From: Chrysomallon squamiferum
Lineage: Eukaryota > Animalia > Mollusca
Direction of reading: 5' to 3'
Assembly: GCA_012295275.1 (NCBI GenBank)
Contig: CM022679.1
Span: forward strand, 20,088,001 to 20,152,000
Length of the DNA stretch: 64,000 nucleotides
Within the stretch, counting starts at the first letter, position 1; each line of letters opens with the position of its first letter. A program made the position numbers and the translations under genes. Below the pieces are notes generated by a model, which saw only the letters and a list, made by a program, of their open reading frames with translations, did no database searches and had not been told where the DNA came from. Shown piece by piece: positions 28,468 to 43,400 of the stretch.

Positions 28468-31400
28468 CATACATAGACATAAAGCTAGTAAATATACAAA
28501 TATTGTCAAATCTTCATTGCCACAGACAGAAATTATTCCATTTCCCCCACATTGTCCTTGGTGGGAAATAAACACTGAATTTACAGCAAAGTTATTTTTG
28601 TATCTTATTCTACATTGATAATGTTAAAAGTTCTTTTTCTAACACTTCAAAATATCCAATTTTTTTATTTTCCATAAGTCTTTGCCCGTCCATCTTTAGT
28701 CTATTAAATGGAAGGTTGATTATGTATGTATGTGTTTTATTCAGGCACTCCTCAGTTAATGACAGTTCTCTTCCTATGACTAGGTCATTTAGCAAATTGG
28801 TTGATGAGCAAGAAGCAGATTTAACAATATCTCTGGCTATTGGGATATTGTTTTATTAGCTTTCCATCATTTTTAATATTTTAGCACTCTGTATTGTAAT
28901 GAACAGAATAGAGGAAATGAGTTCTAGAATCTAATCTACATAACATAGGTTTGAATTCTGTAAATATAGGTAATCATTTTTATTTATTATGAATAAAGAA
29001 ATGGTCTAAAGAGAACTCCAACTTTGTTTTAATTTGTATAACTAACATGATATTATGGTACGTAAAAATAATTTATAGATGAAATTTATAAGTGTTGGAG
29101 ATTGCAAATGCTAGTGTAGTGAATACTGTAGTAATTGACTGCAGAAAAGAGACTGAGAATGGTTAGTGCAAAATGAGCTGCTTGACATGCATACTTGTTG
29201 GAGAGCAGTTCATAAGGTGCACTGTTTAACAGGTAGGTCAGTAAGAGAGGAGTGTCTGTGTGTGTGTACAGCACTGAGTAAACCTGAATTCTGTCAAAAT
29301 AGGTAATTTTTCATGCTGTCTTAATTTATAAATACACATACATAGTTTAAGTGAAATTAAAAGACAGCATTTGGATATTTTTAGGAAATGAAATTAATAC
29401 AGTGTAGGAGTGACAAATTGTGAACAGTGACATCTTTCTGATCTAAAATGTAACCAAAAACTTGTCTTATATTCTGCATAATTCAGTTTTAAATTTAGTG
29501 GAATTGCGTGTGTATAGGTAACAGAGGTACTTGAACAGGAAATCAGATAATAAATGCACTAAAATTGGAAACTAAAAACTTAATGTATAAACTAAAATGA
29601 AGAAATCCAATAAGTAATACATGCCCTAAAGCAACAAATCTTACAGTCCTGTTTTTGAGTATGACCACAATATGGGAAATATAATTTAAATTACGTAATG
29701 CTAGTTCTCAAAAAAGTTAAAATCCAAAATGGACACAGTTTGTGAAACGTACACGACTAGTTTCATTCATTTGTTAGATTTCAATCGTTTCCCTTCAGTG
29801 TCAAGAAATTTTACATTATTTCTGTGATGTTGAATTTAAGAAATGGAGTATTATTTCTGTTCTCTAAAATTGGTCATCAAAATAACTTGATTTAAAACAA
29901 TGACTGCTAACCACTTCTGTTTAGAGTGGTTTCTTTTTCTGAGCTGAATAGTGTTTATTTTTGTTTATGATAAATATGTACTATGTTCACTATGGTGTTT
30001 AAATGTCTAAACTTTACTGAAGATGATACTGGATGACATATAGTGCTAAATACACTCTTTCAACCTTTTCACATTCTAATCATTTTCACATAGCTTATTT
30101 TCAAAAACCATGACATGGGAAATCGTTTTTAAAAATCTGTTCTATTTAAATTATTGATTGTTCATTCTAATATAAAATTATTAAGTTTTAAATGTCTGTG
30201 TTTTCAAAACTAATAAATATATTTTGTTATCATTTGAAGAAAAACATAATCAGAACTAAAATATATAATAAAACTAATGAACAAAAAACTATGTAGGATA
30301 TTAAAAGCACTGGTTCAGTAAAACCTCACTGAAGCTTTTGATATGCTTCATGATCAGATTACATTGGAGGGGATAGTCATATAAGATCATCTAATGGTAT
30401 AGATAAATTCATGAGAATTACAGATTCTATAAGACAAATTAAGATTTCCCCCCCCCCAAGCTTTAACAGTAATATGTGATCTTCATTTAAATTCTGTGTA
30501 ATGGTTTACACTGTGTTACAGAGTACCATGTGGTATAAAAAAAAATGCTGTTAAATATATTCGGCATACCACCAAGTTACATTATATTTCTGTTATGCTA
30601 TCCAGTTTGAATAAACAAGAAAAGATCACAGTTGACAGTATCTTGGAGTAGTCATGATGCCGTTTACAGGGCAGACCAATTTGCTTTGAAATAGTTGGGG
30701 TGTTTTTTTTTTTTTTTTTTTTTTTTTTAGTTTTAGTGAAAAACAAATACCACTATCAGTCTACCTTTACATGATGATGCTTCAGCATGGATTGTGAAGC
30801 AGGGAAAATGGTGGCTCTAATAACTTTGAAACACAAACAGTTCTATCAGACATTAATTTTCAACCTCACTGGTTTCTTTAACACATTGTCATGCTGATAT
30901 GCTATTTTCATCATCCAAAAATCTGCAGTAGGCCCACTGATGACATTACTTTCATCAATGAAAAAACAACTACCAAAAATCCATTTATTGTCTGATTGTC
31001 TGATTGTTATGGGACTTGTTTTAAATGCATGTCAACATTATCTCATTATTCTTCCTGTAACCAGAAATAGATTAAAATACTAGGGTTTTTTCCACACAAC
31101 TGTGCATGTTGGAGGTATTTGAGAGAAGATGAAAAAAGGAAAAAGGGGAAAATATGTAAATAGATAAAAAATTCAATAAAATAATCAAATGCATATTTTT
31201 AACAAATATAAAAATTCATTGGTAAATGAGATACTGTTGACCCTGGATTTCCTGGTATGGGGAGCACCTGAGAAAATTTGGGAAATCATGAATATAAACA
31301 TTATCCTCAAAATGTACTACATGTAGCAACTATATAATATGGTAATATGATAATGTAAGAACAATACAGACATAAAATAATGTCAAAAAGTATATGTAAA

Positions 31401-34400
31401 GAAAAATGTAGGCTAGGTTGGGTGAAGTTTGTTAGGATGGTTGGAGGTAGCATGTAAAATTACTCTTATATTAATGGAGACTGGGTCCAGAGTGGGTTAC
31501 CGTGCAACTCAGAATAACTTAATAGTACCTAGAGGTAGGGTTTCAAATAGAAAATGGCAGTTAACTTGATTTTTCTAGATTTGATCCAGATTTACCAAAT
31601 AATCCAAAGAACCAAGGACTGTGAAATCAAGGGTCAACAGTGTATGGGTAGCAGCTTTTCTCTGTTGTTGATCATTACTAAAATGCTGTAAAAGTTGACA
31701 TGAATTACTGTAATTTCATTATACAGTGATAGTTTTTAAAAATTGGGATACATTTATTTGTTTCATGTCATAATATATTTTGTACAGTATCTGTGACAAA
31801 TAAAACTGATATATTAAAATTAAAACTAAATCCAAAGTATTTGTGTTATCTTTTTCTTTAATTTTCTGTAATTCTTTAATTTTCATTATTATTTTTAATT
31901 AATTTTAATTTATTGAATTTATTTATTAATTATCATTTTTTAAATAAAAAAATTAAATTAATAAATAAATAATAATACTTTGATTATTATTATGACCATG
32001 AGATAATGAACAACCTTTATAATGTAAAATGAAAATAATACTGGTTTTCTGAATAAACCAAGTAGGTACCGGTATTTATTAATTTAAAGGACCTTAGAAT
32101 TATTTAGACATATACAGTCAATCAGATTTATAAAATTTAGATCTAGGTGACGTAGACACCATCATGCTTTAAAGAGAATGGCAAACAATAGTATTCATAA
32201 ATGAACTTTTAAAATTCCTACCCCACCAAATAAAAAATGTTGTTCTAGGACCGTTGACTTCATGACTTTTATTAAATAAATGTAAAGCAAATATTATTTG
32301 TATTTATAAAATACCTGGATCGTTTTTTCTTCTTTTTTTTTCTTTTTTTATGTAAACATTTTGCTTATAAATATGTCTGATAGCAACATTATATGTAAGT
32401 TTTGTATTATGTGCATATTTGCTGCAATCTAACATATCCATGGAATGGAAGAAAGAAGATTACAGCTTCATTGTTTTATATTCTGATTTACTTTTTAAAA
32501 TCATTTTATTTATGATGTGATGCAAAATAAAGGTTTGAAGTCAATGGTGTTTGGTTATTTTTTCTGACTCTGTTTTTTCTTCTTTTTTTTTTCCAACTGA
32601 ACGCTGCATCAAACAAAGAAATAATTTTATATACCATTAATGAACAGTTTAAAAATATAATGGTCAGTACGTATACATGATGTACACTTGCTGTTTTTAT
32701 GTGTAAAAAAAATCCCTTTTGGATTAATATAGTAAAAAGTGTGTGCACATGTGTCATGTTTAAATACAAAAACAATTCTGCTCCTGGTTTTATCTAAAAC
32801 TGGTTTCTTCATATTTATGCTGTATACATATTAGGAGTTTTTAGGGGCATTGTTTGATTTAATTTTTAATTTATTGAATTCTTTCATTCTTTCTTTCTTT
32901 CTTTCTTTCTTTCTTTCATTTCTTTCTTGTTTTCTTTCTTCCTTCTTTATTTATTTATTTATTTTATTTTATTTTTTTTAAATGGTTTTTAAACTTTTTC
33001 ATATCTGAGTACCTTTTATAATATTTAATATTTATATTTAGGTATATGTTTCCTAATATTTTTTAAATAGGTTTTACAATTTATACCTTTTTATTTCTTC
33101 TTTTTTTCCAATATTATTACTGAGCTCAATGCTTTAGTATATCCTTTCAATTTTGAATTTTTAGTTTTTGTTATGTAAAATGAAAGTGGTCTGTCTGTCT
33201 TGTAAGATGTATGATTAAGCATTGCAAATTTAATTCTGATAGCACCTTGAAAAGAAAATGCATTTCATCTGGCATTTTGGTTATTTGTACTTACTGTCCT
33301 GATGCTTGTTAAAATAATTTATAGAAAATGGCACGTATTTTAAAAGGTTTGGCATTTATTAATTTCTTGTATGAATACAGGAGGGACCTGTTTTTAGAAT
33401 CCATTGAATAACTGGTGTTAGATGCTGTTGTGTTAAATGTCTGTGTTGAGCTTTGCAAATTTTTGTTTCATATTTCAAGACTTGTTTGTTGTTTGGCCAA
33501 CTAAATATGTTTATATAAGAAATAATGAAAGCATCTTTGAATTCAAAATTCAGTGGCTTTATGTTAACCTGCACATTACAGATCATCCTAGACATCCAAT
33601 AATGTGTATTGATTCATTTCTTGATAAAAGTTTCTGAAAACTTCCCAGTTGATTTTTGATCTGCTGTTCCTCGTTGCAAATGAGAGTGAGCTAACAAAAA
33701 TGTCCTCCTGGTTTTTTGTTTCTTCAAGTATTTTTTGCTGGGTCAGTTAAAATTTAGTTGACAAGAAATAGGTATTATGCCATAATGTTCTATGGTGTCC
33801 TAATGTTACCTTTAAAATTATTGCAGACAATTTTTTTCTTTTCTTTTCTTTTTTTTTTATCTCTCTCATTATTTGAGGCCTGTAGAATTGAGGATATCCT
33901 TTTTTTCTTCAGCATAAAAAAATGTGTTTTTCTTGAAACTTTAGACTGTAGCCAGTATATTTGATTCTGCCTTCTCACTAACATTTCAGAATATGTTTGA
34001 TATTGTGAATATTACATTTTCCATTTTATAATGTAGAAAAAAGCCTCTCATTAAAAACAATTACCAGCACATATTAAAGAACTTTTCAGCATAAAATATT
34101 AATGAAAACCCCCCCAAAAACGATGACGATATCAGATGTTTTGTAATTTTTAATAAATATAAGAATACATTTAACAGCTGTTTTCTTATAAATGCCAAAC
34201 CTAAAATACTTGCTGATTTTCCATGCCATATTGGTTTAACAGATTTCTCTGCGGGAAGAACTGCCTTGAATTCTTAAAATATAGGAGAAAAATACTGAAT
34301 GAAAGGAATGACAGAAAAGAGCGAATGAGACCAGACAGGTTGCTAATTTCATTTTTTTTATAAGGAACTCCAGTAAAAGAATAAAGAAATCTATTTGCAA

Positions 34401-37400
34401 AAACAGAATATAAAATGTGGAATACCAGATCAAAAGAAGAACAATTTATGTACAGAACTCTGATTAAAGCCATCACCCACTTAATATATTAAATTTCAAC
34501 ATCTCTGTGGAATTGTACAAGATTCTAATTTACACAGATAGGTGCACATTTAAATTATACTCTTGAATTATATTTTATGAATAACCGAGATAATTTGCCA
34601 AATATTTATTAAAGATACGATTTTATGTTGGTTGAAAAAAATTCACATTTAAAACAAAAGTGGTGTACTGAGGTTCATTTTGCAATGTTGAGTAAATTGT
34701 CAATACATGCAACTGAAACTAAGTGACATAAAGAAGAAAATATGAAGAAATGCCACTATGTTGATAGTGAAGATAAAATATCTTGATTTGGAATGTTCAA
34801 AAATGTGTTATATTGTTATACCATGGATGAATTTGGAGATGGTGCACAAAAAAAGAAAAAACAAAGAAAGCAACAAGTAACACAAATTTTCTATATAATA
34901 ATGACCATTGCTTTATCAATATCTTGGTTTTAATCTTGTATATGTTGATAACATATGTTGCAGATTCAGCAGGAAAAGGAAATGATGACATTAGAAGATT
35001 TGAAGAAGGTGATTTAAATTTCTTTTATCAGTCCAGTTTACTCAACCTGCTGGTTTTTTAAAATATATACAAAGAATGTGTTATCGAAATATGTGTTCTT
35101 CAGAAATATGTTTCTAACATATTTGTATTCATATACATGCAAGTTCAGTAAATATAAGTACTTAATTTGCCTGTTTAACAATAACTAAACAATAATAGTA
35201 CATTTTGAGGCAGCTAATGGCCAATTTCATCATATTTGGAATGTTTTCTTGACACAAAGTATATTGTATATTCAGACTGCAGATCTGACCAGTGCCAAAG
35301 CTTCTGAGATGGACAAGATCAAAGCAATGATTGACCAATCCACAAAAGATTTTGACCCTTCTAAGTAAGTTATTTTAACACAAACATTGAAAAAAATTAG
35401 TTTCAGATGCACTCTAAACAGTTCCATGAATTTTTATAATTCTATTTATAATAATAATTTTTTTAAACAGTGTAAAATGCTATATTTTTCACATAACATC
35501 AGCCTGCATTATCAGCCCTATCCAGTGTGCATTTTAGGCTATTCCATCATATTAACTTGATGATCTTTGAAATTTTACATCCTGAGACAAGTATTCTGTT
35601 CAGAGGTTTTATTTCTTGATGACAAAGTTTGACAATTTCAGAATATCAGTTTCCAGTGTAGTTGAGTAACCAGTGTTGACAATAAACAAGCATTTTGCGT
35701 GTTTTTATACAGAAATCTGCAAAGAAAAAAGAATAATAATAATAAAAAATAGAAATAAAAAAAACCCATTTCAGTTGTAGTTTTTTAATTGGCTAACATG
35801 TGCTTATCATTTTTCTGTATATCTGCCATAATATTTACATTTGTGTATTTATGATTATAGCTACAAGACAAAGAGTTTACCAACAGGGCCACCACCAGCT
35901 ACATACCGATGTTACAGGTGTAATCAGACAGGTCATTACATTCACAACTGTCCCAGTCCCAAGGTAAATGTCTGATTTCTGAGGAATAACTTAATTATTA
36001 ATTATTATGTTTTAAATTGGTGGTCTCTCTAATTCTCCTTCTAACAACACTGCAAGATCTTCCAAGATAATATTGTTTAACTACAATTCATTTTTTTTTA
36101 AATGTTTTTATTCTCAAGAGCTCCTCTTGGCATTTTAATTTATCATATACATCATCAGTAGTGTTCAACTGAAACTTAATTTTGCCACATGCATATTTTC
36201 TTACCATAATTGGTGTATTAAAAGATATGGATCTCCTTCTTATGGGATATGCATTTAGAAACTGCTTGTCTGCTGAACAGTGTTGGTATCTGTCAAAAAT
36301 ATCCCTGTGCAAAAATCAAATGTTCAGTACCTAATATTTTTGAATACTGTATGTTTCCGTAAGAACATATTTCAGTTTGAAAATGAATGTTATTTTATTT
36401 AAATTTTTTTAAGCTAAAAGTGAAAACGACTGATGAAGATGGCACTGTTCATGAACTGGAACCAAAATTTAAACGTAGCACTGGCATTCCCAACAGTTTT
36501 CTTACATATGTCAACAATCCTCTGCTGCCAGGAGCACTTCTCACACACTCTGGGCAGTTTGCAGTGCCCACCCTTGATGCGTAAGTTTCTACTGTGTTAG
36601 ATATAAATTATTTTAGAAAGCATCACAATCTTGTTTAAGTGATGACAAACAAACAACAAAAACTTTGCTGTATAGTGTTAGAAATGTAATAATTCTGATT
36701 TGTGGGCACATCACAATGTCTCCATGAGTTAACAATATATTTTATTTTGTTACAGTGAAGCATACATTCGTGGTAAAAAAGAGAAACCTCCATTTCTTCC
36801 TTCTTCTGAAAATGATTCGGTAGTGAGCAAAAAACCACAAATTCCGAAAGAACTGATGTGTCCAATTTGTGAGGACCTGCTTCGTGATGCTGTCATTACT
36901 CCATGCTGTGGCAACAGCTTTTGTGATGAATGTAAGTATCATTTTTTATATGAACTCTTTATTAATTTACTTATGAACCATTACTGACTTGTATTTAAAT
37001 ACCCATACATTTTATAAGTCTATGATTCTCAAGCAATACACCCATTTTGCTTTACAAATTTAATTAAATCTGAAGCAAAATGTATATGACTTAGCTCACA
37101 TAGTTAATTTTGACTTCTTCACTTTGTAATTTCCAAGCTAAGTAATGAAGAAAGATAATTATTGTTTATTATATAAAACAAATATATGAACTACAGACCA
37201 AACCTTTTGAAGTCCATTTTACATTTTAATTTTTATTAAATCTGAATTAAGAAAAGAAAAATTGAATTTAAATACTTTTTCAGGTATTCGTAATGCACTA
37301 GTTGAATCTGATGAACATGAGTGTCCACAATGCCATGAAACTGATGTCTCACCCAATCAGCTCACACAGAACAAGTTCCACCGTATGGCTGTCACCAACT

Positions 37401-40400
37401 TCTTGAATGAGTCCAGCATGCTTAACGAGCAGAAGGAAGAATCACCACCTCCACCACCACCACCTTATCCACCTCCAAAAGATGTTGGAAAACCGAGCTC
37501 AGTTTCACCAGCACCAAGTAGTGTGAACACTCCTGTCACCCAGGTTCACAGCTCACGTTCAGTGTCTGAGTCAGTCTCGGCACAATCAGCTGAAAACCAC
37601 TCTTACACCTCACATCATCAGCCCAGCAACAAATCTTACTCGCATTCTGATAGGTCCCATCACCATGGTGACAGAGGATCTTACCATCAAAGTGAGAGAC
37701 CTTTCCAAAGCAGACACAACCATCCTCGCCAGCCCCAGCTCACTGTGGTGCCAATACAAGGAGCAGAAGAGTGAGTTTTCATCAGTATTTAGTTTAATTA
37801 TTATTTTTAAATCATTAGTCCCATAAAAATTTTACAAGCTGTACATGCAGTGTTTTCATAATTACTAAAGTAAGAGGCAGGGTAAGAAAACAACAAATGT
37901 GAAGTATTTTACTCATGATGTTTTAAGTAGTGCAGCTGTACATTACACTTTTCAAATATAAGAAAAATAAATTGTATTAGATTTCACATAAAATAACCAT
38001 CAGACTTTAAATGCATTCTGATATTATTAAAAATATATTAAAATAATTTGTGTAAAAAATTAAAATGGATTAACCAATGGCATTTTAATCCACATTTGTA
38101 TTGCATTTTCTGCTGAAAAGTAAAGAAAATACAAATAAAATAAGAACACATTTTTCTTGGAATTAATATTACGGGAAAAATAAATTTGTTTTCTAAATAT
38201 TTTTAAAATTTTATTTTGATAGTTCACCTTCTGCAGATGACGGAATGGTCAGAGATATCCAGCCTTCTACCACTGAAGTCATGGTAAGATTTTATACAAG
38301 TGTGTCTTGAATTGTCCATTTCTTTTCTTTTCCTTTCATTGTTATTAATTCTTGCAAATTACATCTCATTATTTGTAATGTTAATAATGCCCATGCATTT
38401 GATGGTCTGTGTATTATTAATGCAACTTATAAATCCAATATTAGTGTTTTTATAATGGCTTTTTCATTCATGTGATTATAGGTAGTCTAATACATGTTCG
38501 GAAATATTAATTGCCATCGCGTCTCTGAAATCACAGTATTCTAATTAAGAACACATAAAAGAAATGTAAATGATTTTTATTTACGTTCTTGGTACCACAT
38601 ATTTTTCCTTTGTACTATTAAATTTACTAAATGTCAGTTTTTATTTTTATCAACAGGCTGATGGTCAAGGCCACAGCACCATTCCATCACATTTTGGAAG
38701 AAGCATTGGACTTTCATCAGATTCCGGTATGTCATAGTGTTTTTGGTTCTGTTTTGAAAATATAAATACTAACAACTGGTTTACATTACAGATGAGTCAC
38801 CTTTGTTTTTTGTGTTAAGCAATTTCCTTTCAAAAAGTATATTAGACATCAGCCTTTACTAAATTAAGTAAAGATTTTTTATTTAAAATACATCTGATTA
38901 ATAATCAAAATATAAGTGTTTCATTTGTTTTGCAGATGATTTGCACCCACCTGGCACTGAAAATATTATCAAGAAACCAACAATAATTCAAGAGTAAGAT
39001 TGATTATTTTTATTAAGTGTATACATTATTCATAATTAGATAAATATGCTATATTTTTAGTGATTATAAAAAAATGATCCTATATTTATTTATTTATTTA
39101 TTTATATTAATATAATGTTCATCTAGGCTGCATGCAGCATTATTCACCTATGTAAGATTAAGCATATTTCATCCAATTTAATTGATGTTTTAATATAATT
39201 ATGCTATAATTTTTATTTATTTATTTAATTATTTATCTTTTCTTTTCATTTGTTGTTGCTTTAGAGATGACATCTTGGAGAAATGGAGAGAATATGAAAA
39301 AAAATATGAGAAGAAGTCTACAATGCCTCCTGCCACAGTTATTCCAACAGTTCCGCCAGTTCCAGCTGCTCCTGTTGCTCCTATCCGTGTTGTACCACCT
39401 CCTCAAGCCTTTCCACCTGCTGCACCACCAGTTGTATCTGTACCACCAGTTTCAGTGTTACCACCTCCACCTGGTTACATGGGTCCACCACCTGGTAAGA
39501 AACCAGTTTCACTTTTCCTGCTTTCAGATGTAACAAATAAGTAATAGTTAATATTAATCAGTCTGTTGTATGTTAACATACCCATAAATTTATCAGAGCT
39601 TGTTATGTATCATATTACCACTGCATGGCTTCAGAGTACATATTTAATTGTTTTCATTTTTCAGGACCTGTTCCAGTTCCAGTTCCAGTTCCAATTCCAA
39701 ATGCAGTACCGCCAGTAGCACCCGCACCTGGATTTCCTGGACCTCCTTTTGTAGCTGGTCCCCATCACATCCCATATGCACCTCCAGCTTTTCCCTCAGT
39801 TCCAAAACCTCTGACAAAACAAGAGTTTTATCGTGAGCAAGACAGACTAAGGAAACAGGAGTCAGAGATACGGTAATAACACTTAAAGTCTTTGCACAAA
39901 TAACAATATCTTTTTTCTATGTTCTGTATCATTCACATATATACATACTGTAAAATGAATAGGGAATCTGTCAACAATTGTATAAGGTTTATAGAAAAGA
40001 AATAAAAATGGATTAATAGTCTGATTTAATAATATATAATAACTTTAATAGACAGTTTGTTAGATGTCTGTAAATTAATTTGTTAAATTTTATTTTTGAA
40101 TATTGTCTTCAGTAGGAAGTAGATAAAGTTTAAAATCTTGAGAAAATTCTGATTCCATTAGTGGTCAGTTTGTTTTTTTCTTTTCTGTTTCATTAAAAAC
40201 CTGCAAAATGTAAGTAGGTAAAGTACATCAATTAATTTCTCCATGACAGGTCTAATTAAAAATGAAGATTCACTACTCTGTACTTGCAAACTGTATATAT
40301 TATGTAATTCCTGTTATAATCTATTAAAATCAGTGTCATGTTTTTCATTAAACTGGATCATTCACTAATCTTGTTATATATATACATAGTGAATGATCCA

Positions 40401-43400
40401 GTATTTATGCACACACATACACATACATCAATATATTTTTTTATTTTTTTATTTATGTATTTTTTAAAATATTTACAGGAAACGTGATTTTATGGATGAC
40501 TTTGAGCAAGAATTGAGAGAGAAAAAGACAAAGAAAATACCACCAGTCATCAAACCTAGGTCCAGATCAAGGTGAGTGTTTTTTTCTTTCATATTATTTT
40601 TTTTTTTTTTTATATATATATATATATAAAAAGGATATTAATATTTTTAAGTCCAGTTTCTACAAAAGAATACACACAACATTTAAATTTTTACTTTTAA
40701 ATTTGAATTTGTTTGATTTAACAAATATTTTGTGTCTATTTTTTTACGTAATGCACATTTTGCTACTGAGTGATATTTTGTTCAGATGTGCATTAATTAG
40801 CAATGCGTTTCTATTTATCTGTTTTAATAATTATAATAACCTTTACATTTTTTGGATGTAAATATGAAAAGTGATTCTGTTTTCTTTTTAGCAGATCTTA
40901 TTCACGAAGTCTTTCAAAATCACCGGGTTTGAGGTCAAGAAGTAAAACTAGATCCAGGACACGAACAAGGTCCAGATCCAGAGGGTACTCCAGATCAAGG
41001 TCCCGATCTTACAGTCGAGGTCCTCCAAGACGCAGATCCAGGTCATCAAGATTAAGGACAAGATCTAGATCATTAACCCGATCTCCTAGACACAGATCCA
41101 GGACAAGATCTCGTAGCAGGCTCAGATCATATTCTCGTTCAAGAAGTCGCTCAAGGTCACGGATTCGATCCAGGATGAGGTCTAGGTCATGGACTAGATC
41201 TAGATCACATTCATATTCTCCTTTACCCCGCAAATTTTCTCGGTCTAGATCCAGATCATGGACTAGATCTCCCAGACGAAAATCTCCAGTTCCATTTGGT
41301 CGTCATTCGCGATCACCTGTGCCTCCAAACCGATTTCGACCAAGGGGAAGCAAAGGTCGAGGATTTAATAGAGACAGATCACCATATACAGTGTATCACA
41401 GTCCTGCTAGAAACTATTCTCCAGAACCATATCAACCAGAGCCTTATTATCCTGGGTGTGTACTTCATGTGAAAGTATTTTTTTTATTACCAGACAGTTA
41501 TACTAGACATTTCTGCATCTGGATTTCATATTCACTGGAATCCTTCAGAGAACATCAGTTGTAAAAAACAAGTTTTACTTTACCTGACAGCTGGTTATCA
41601 AATCCAGACTTGTAATAAAGCTGATATAATACAATGTCTTAAAGAAGACTTTTCTTTCCAAATTTTATTATTAATCCTGCAGATTAGGCAGCTTATACTG
41701 ATAATAAATCTGCTTTATAAATTTAATTATTTTGAAAGATTAGGCAACTTATACTCAGAATAAAACTGCTGTATAAATTGAAAGGGAAACAATAATTAAA
41801 CTACTTCATTTAAAAAAACTCTGGATTATTACTAGGTTTGGTAGATTTATTTATTAACTGAAAGATATTACAATTACACTTATTTATGTATCTTCAGTCC
41901 TTTCAGGGAGAGAATAAGTAGTCCTGGGGGGGGGTAAATTTTAGATTTTGTGCAGATTTAAGTTAAGGGTGTGAGATAAAGAAAATCTGACATTATCAAT
42001 GTAAAATACAGTGGTTAATTGGAACAAAGAAAACTAGTATAATTAAGAATATCATGGCATTTTCCTTTGCATTATTTATTGCCAAGGATAATTACAGGTA
42101 TGTTAATTGTTTCAAATGAGCTTTGATTTTCTGTATCAAGTGAGTGAGTGCACTGAGATGTCTCTTTTTATCTGCCTGTTTAATACAGAATATTTTTCAG
42201 ATGATTCCTGTTTCATTAGTTTTATTCATGTGGGTTTTTTTTGTTCAGTAAAACAATACAGTAATGTTTTTTTATTATTCATTGTTTATTGCATTTTAAT
42301 TTTAATTTTTAAATACTTGTATCAAAGTAAATGAACCTACTGATAAATGTGAATAATGCAGAAAGTGTTAATAAAACATTTTTTGTTATGTTTAATTTCT
42401 TATTAAGTAATAACTATGTTTAACCTATTTTTCTTTTAGCATGTATTTAACTGTATTCAAATAGGTGTGGAAAATAATAGTAATAATGAAAGGGGTGTTG
42501 TAAAATTGTTTTACAAAACTCCTAATAGCTAAATTACATATATTCTGATATGAAATGGCAACAATTTTTTTTTTTTTAAATCCTTGCATTTAAAAACTGG
42601 CCTGTGAACATTGGTGAGGACTAGAGGGGTGAATTTATATTTAATGGTTATCAAAAATGTCTTCATTTTTTTTTTTATGAATTAATTTCTTATATTTCAG
42701 CATGAGGATGTATCCTGGCTATGGGGGAGAAAAGTGGGGATATCATCCACCTGTACCACCAGGAGTTGCACCAGGGATACCACCAGGGATACCACCACCT
42801 TTTGATTCTTATATACCCAATCCAGGACCAGGTTACAATAGGTCCCGATCAAAATCTCCATGGAAATTTGGATCACTGCCTCCTGATGATGCTAACAATT
42901 GGCTAAGACCAGAAGGACGTGAAATGATAAAAGACCATTTCACTGAAAGGCATGGTATGGGTGATGGCTGGGACCGATGGAATTCAGGAGATAGACGAAG
43001 TCATGATATTACTGATAGAAGAGAACGTGGAGGAAGAAAGGATTATTCTAACAGAAAAGAGAACTATGAAAGAAAAGATGCTTACAGTAAAAAATATATA
43101 GCCAAGAGATCTGTGGACAAGATAAAGGAAGGGTCTGAAAAAAATAAGCAACCAAAGGATAAGATAGACATAAAGAGGAAGAATGAAAAAGAAGTTAAGG
43201 AGAATATTGATCAAGATCAGAAACAAGACATTAAAATGAATAAAGATCTTGGTAAGAAAGCACTGGAAAAAGCTGATGATGAAAAAAAAAGAGGAAAACT
43301 GCTAAAAGATCCTAAGACAAAGGAAGATAAAGTTGTTAGAACAAAAAATGAAGATAGAGATGAAACAAGAAATAAAATTGTGAAAACTGATCCTAAAAGA

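Noticed and set aside
28610-28853. About 80 open codons on the minus strand in RBBP6 intron 3
   Set aside because: It has no recognisable motif, ATG context or splice signals, and is at best a decayed repeat.
30770-31005. TGATGA...CTGA pairs resembling a C/D box snoRNA in RBBP6 intron 3
   Set aside because: There is no convincing terminal stem or recognisable rRNA-complementary guide, and such motifs are frequent by chance.
33359-33637. Overlapping ORFs with a VGQT string reminiscent of a Penelope GIY-YIG domain
   Set aside because: Only four residues match and neighbouring motifs are not recognisable.
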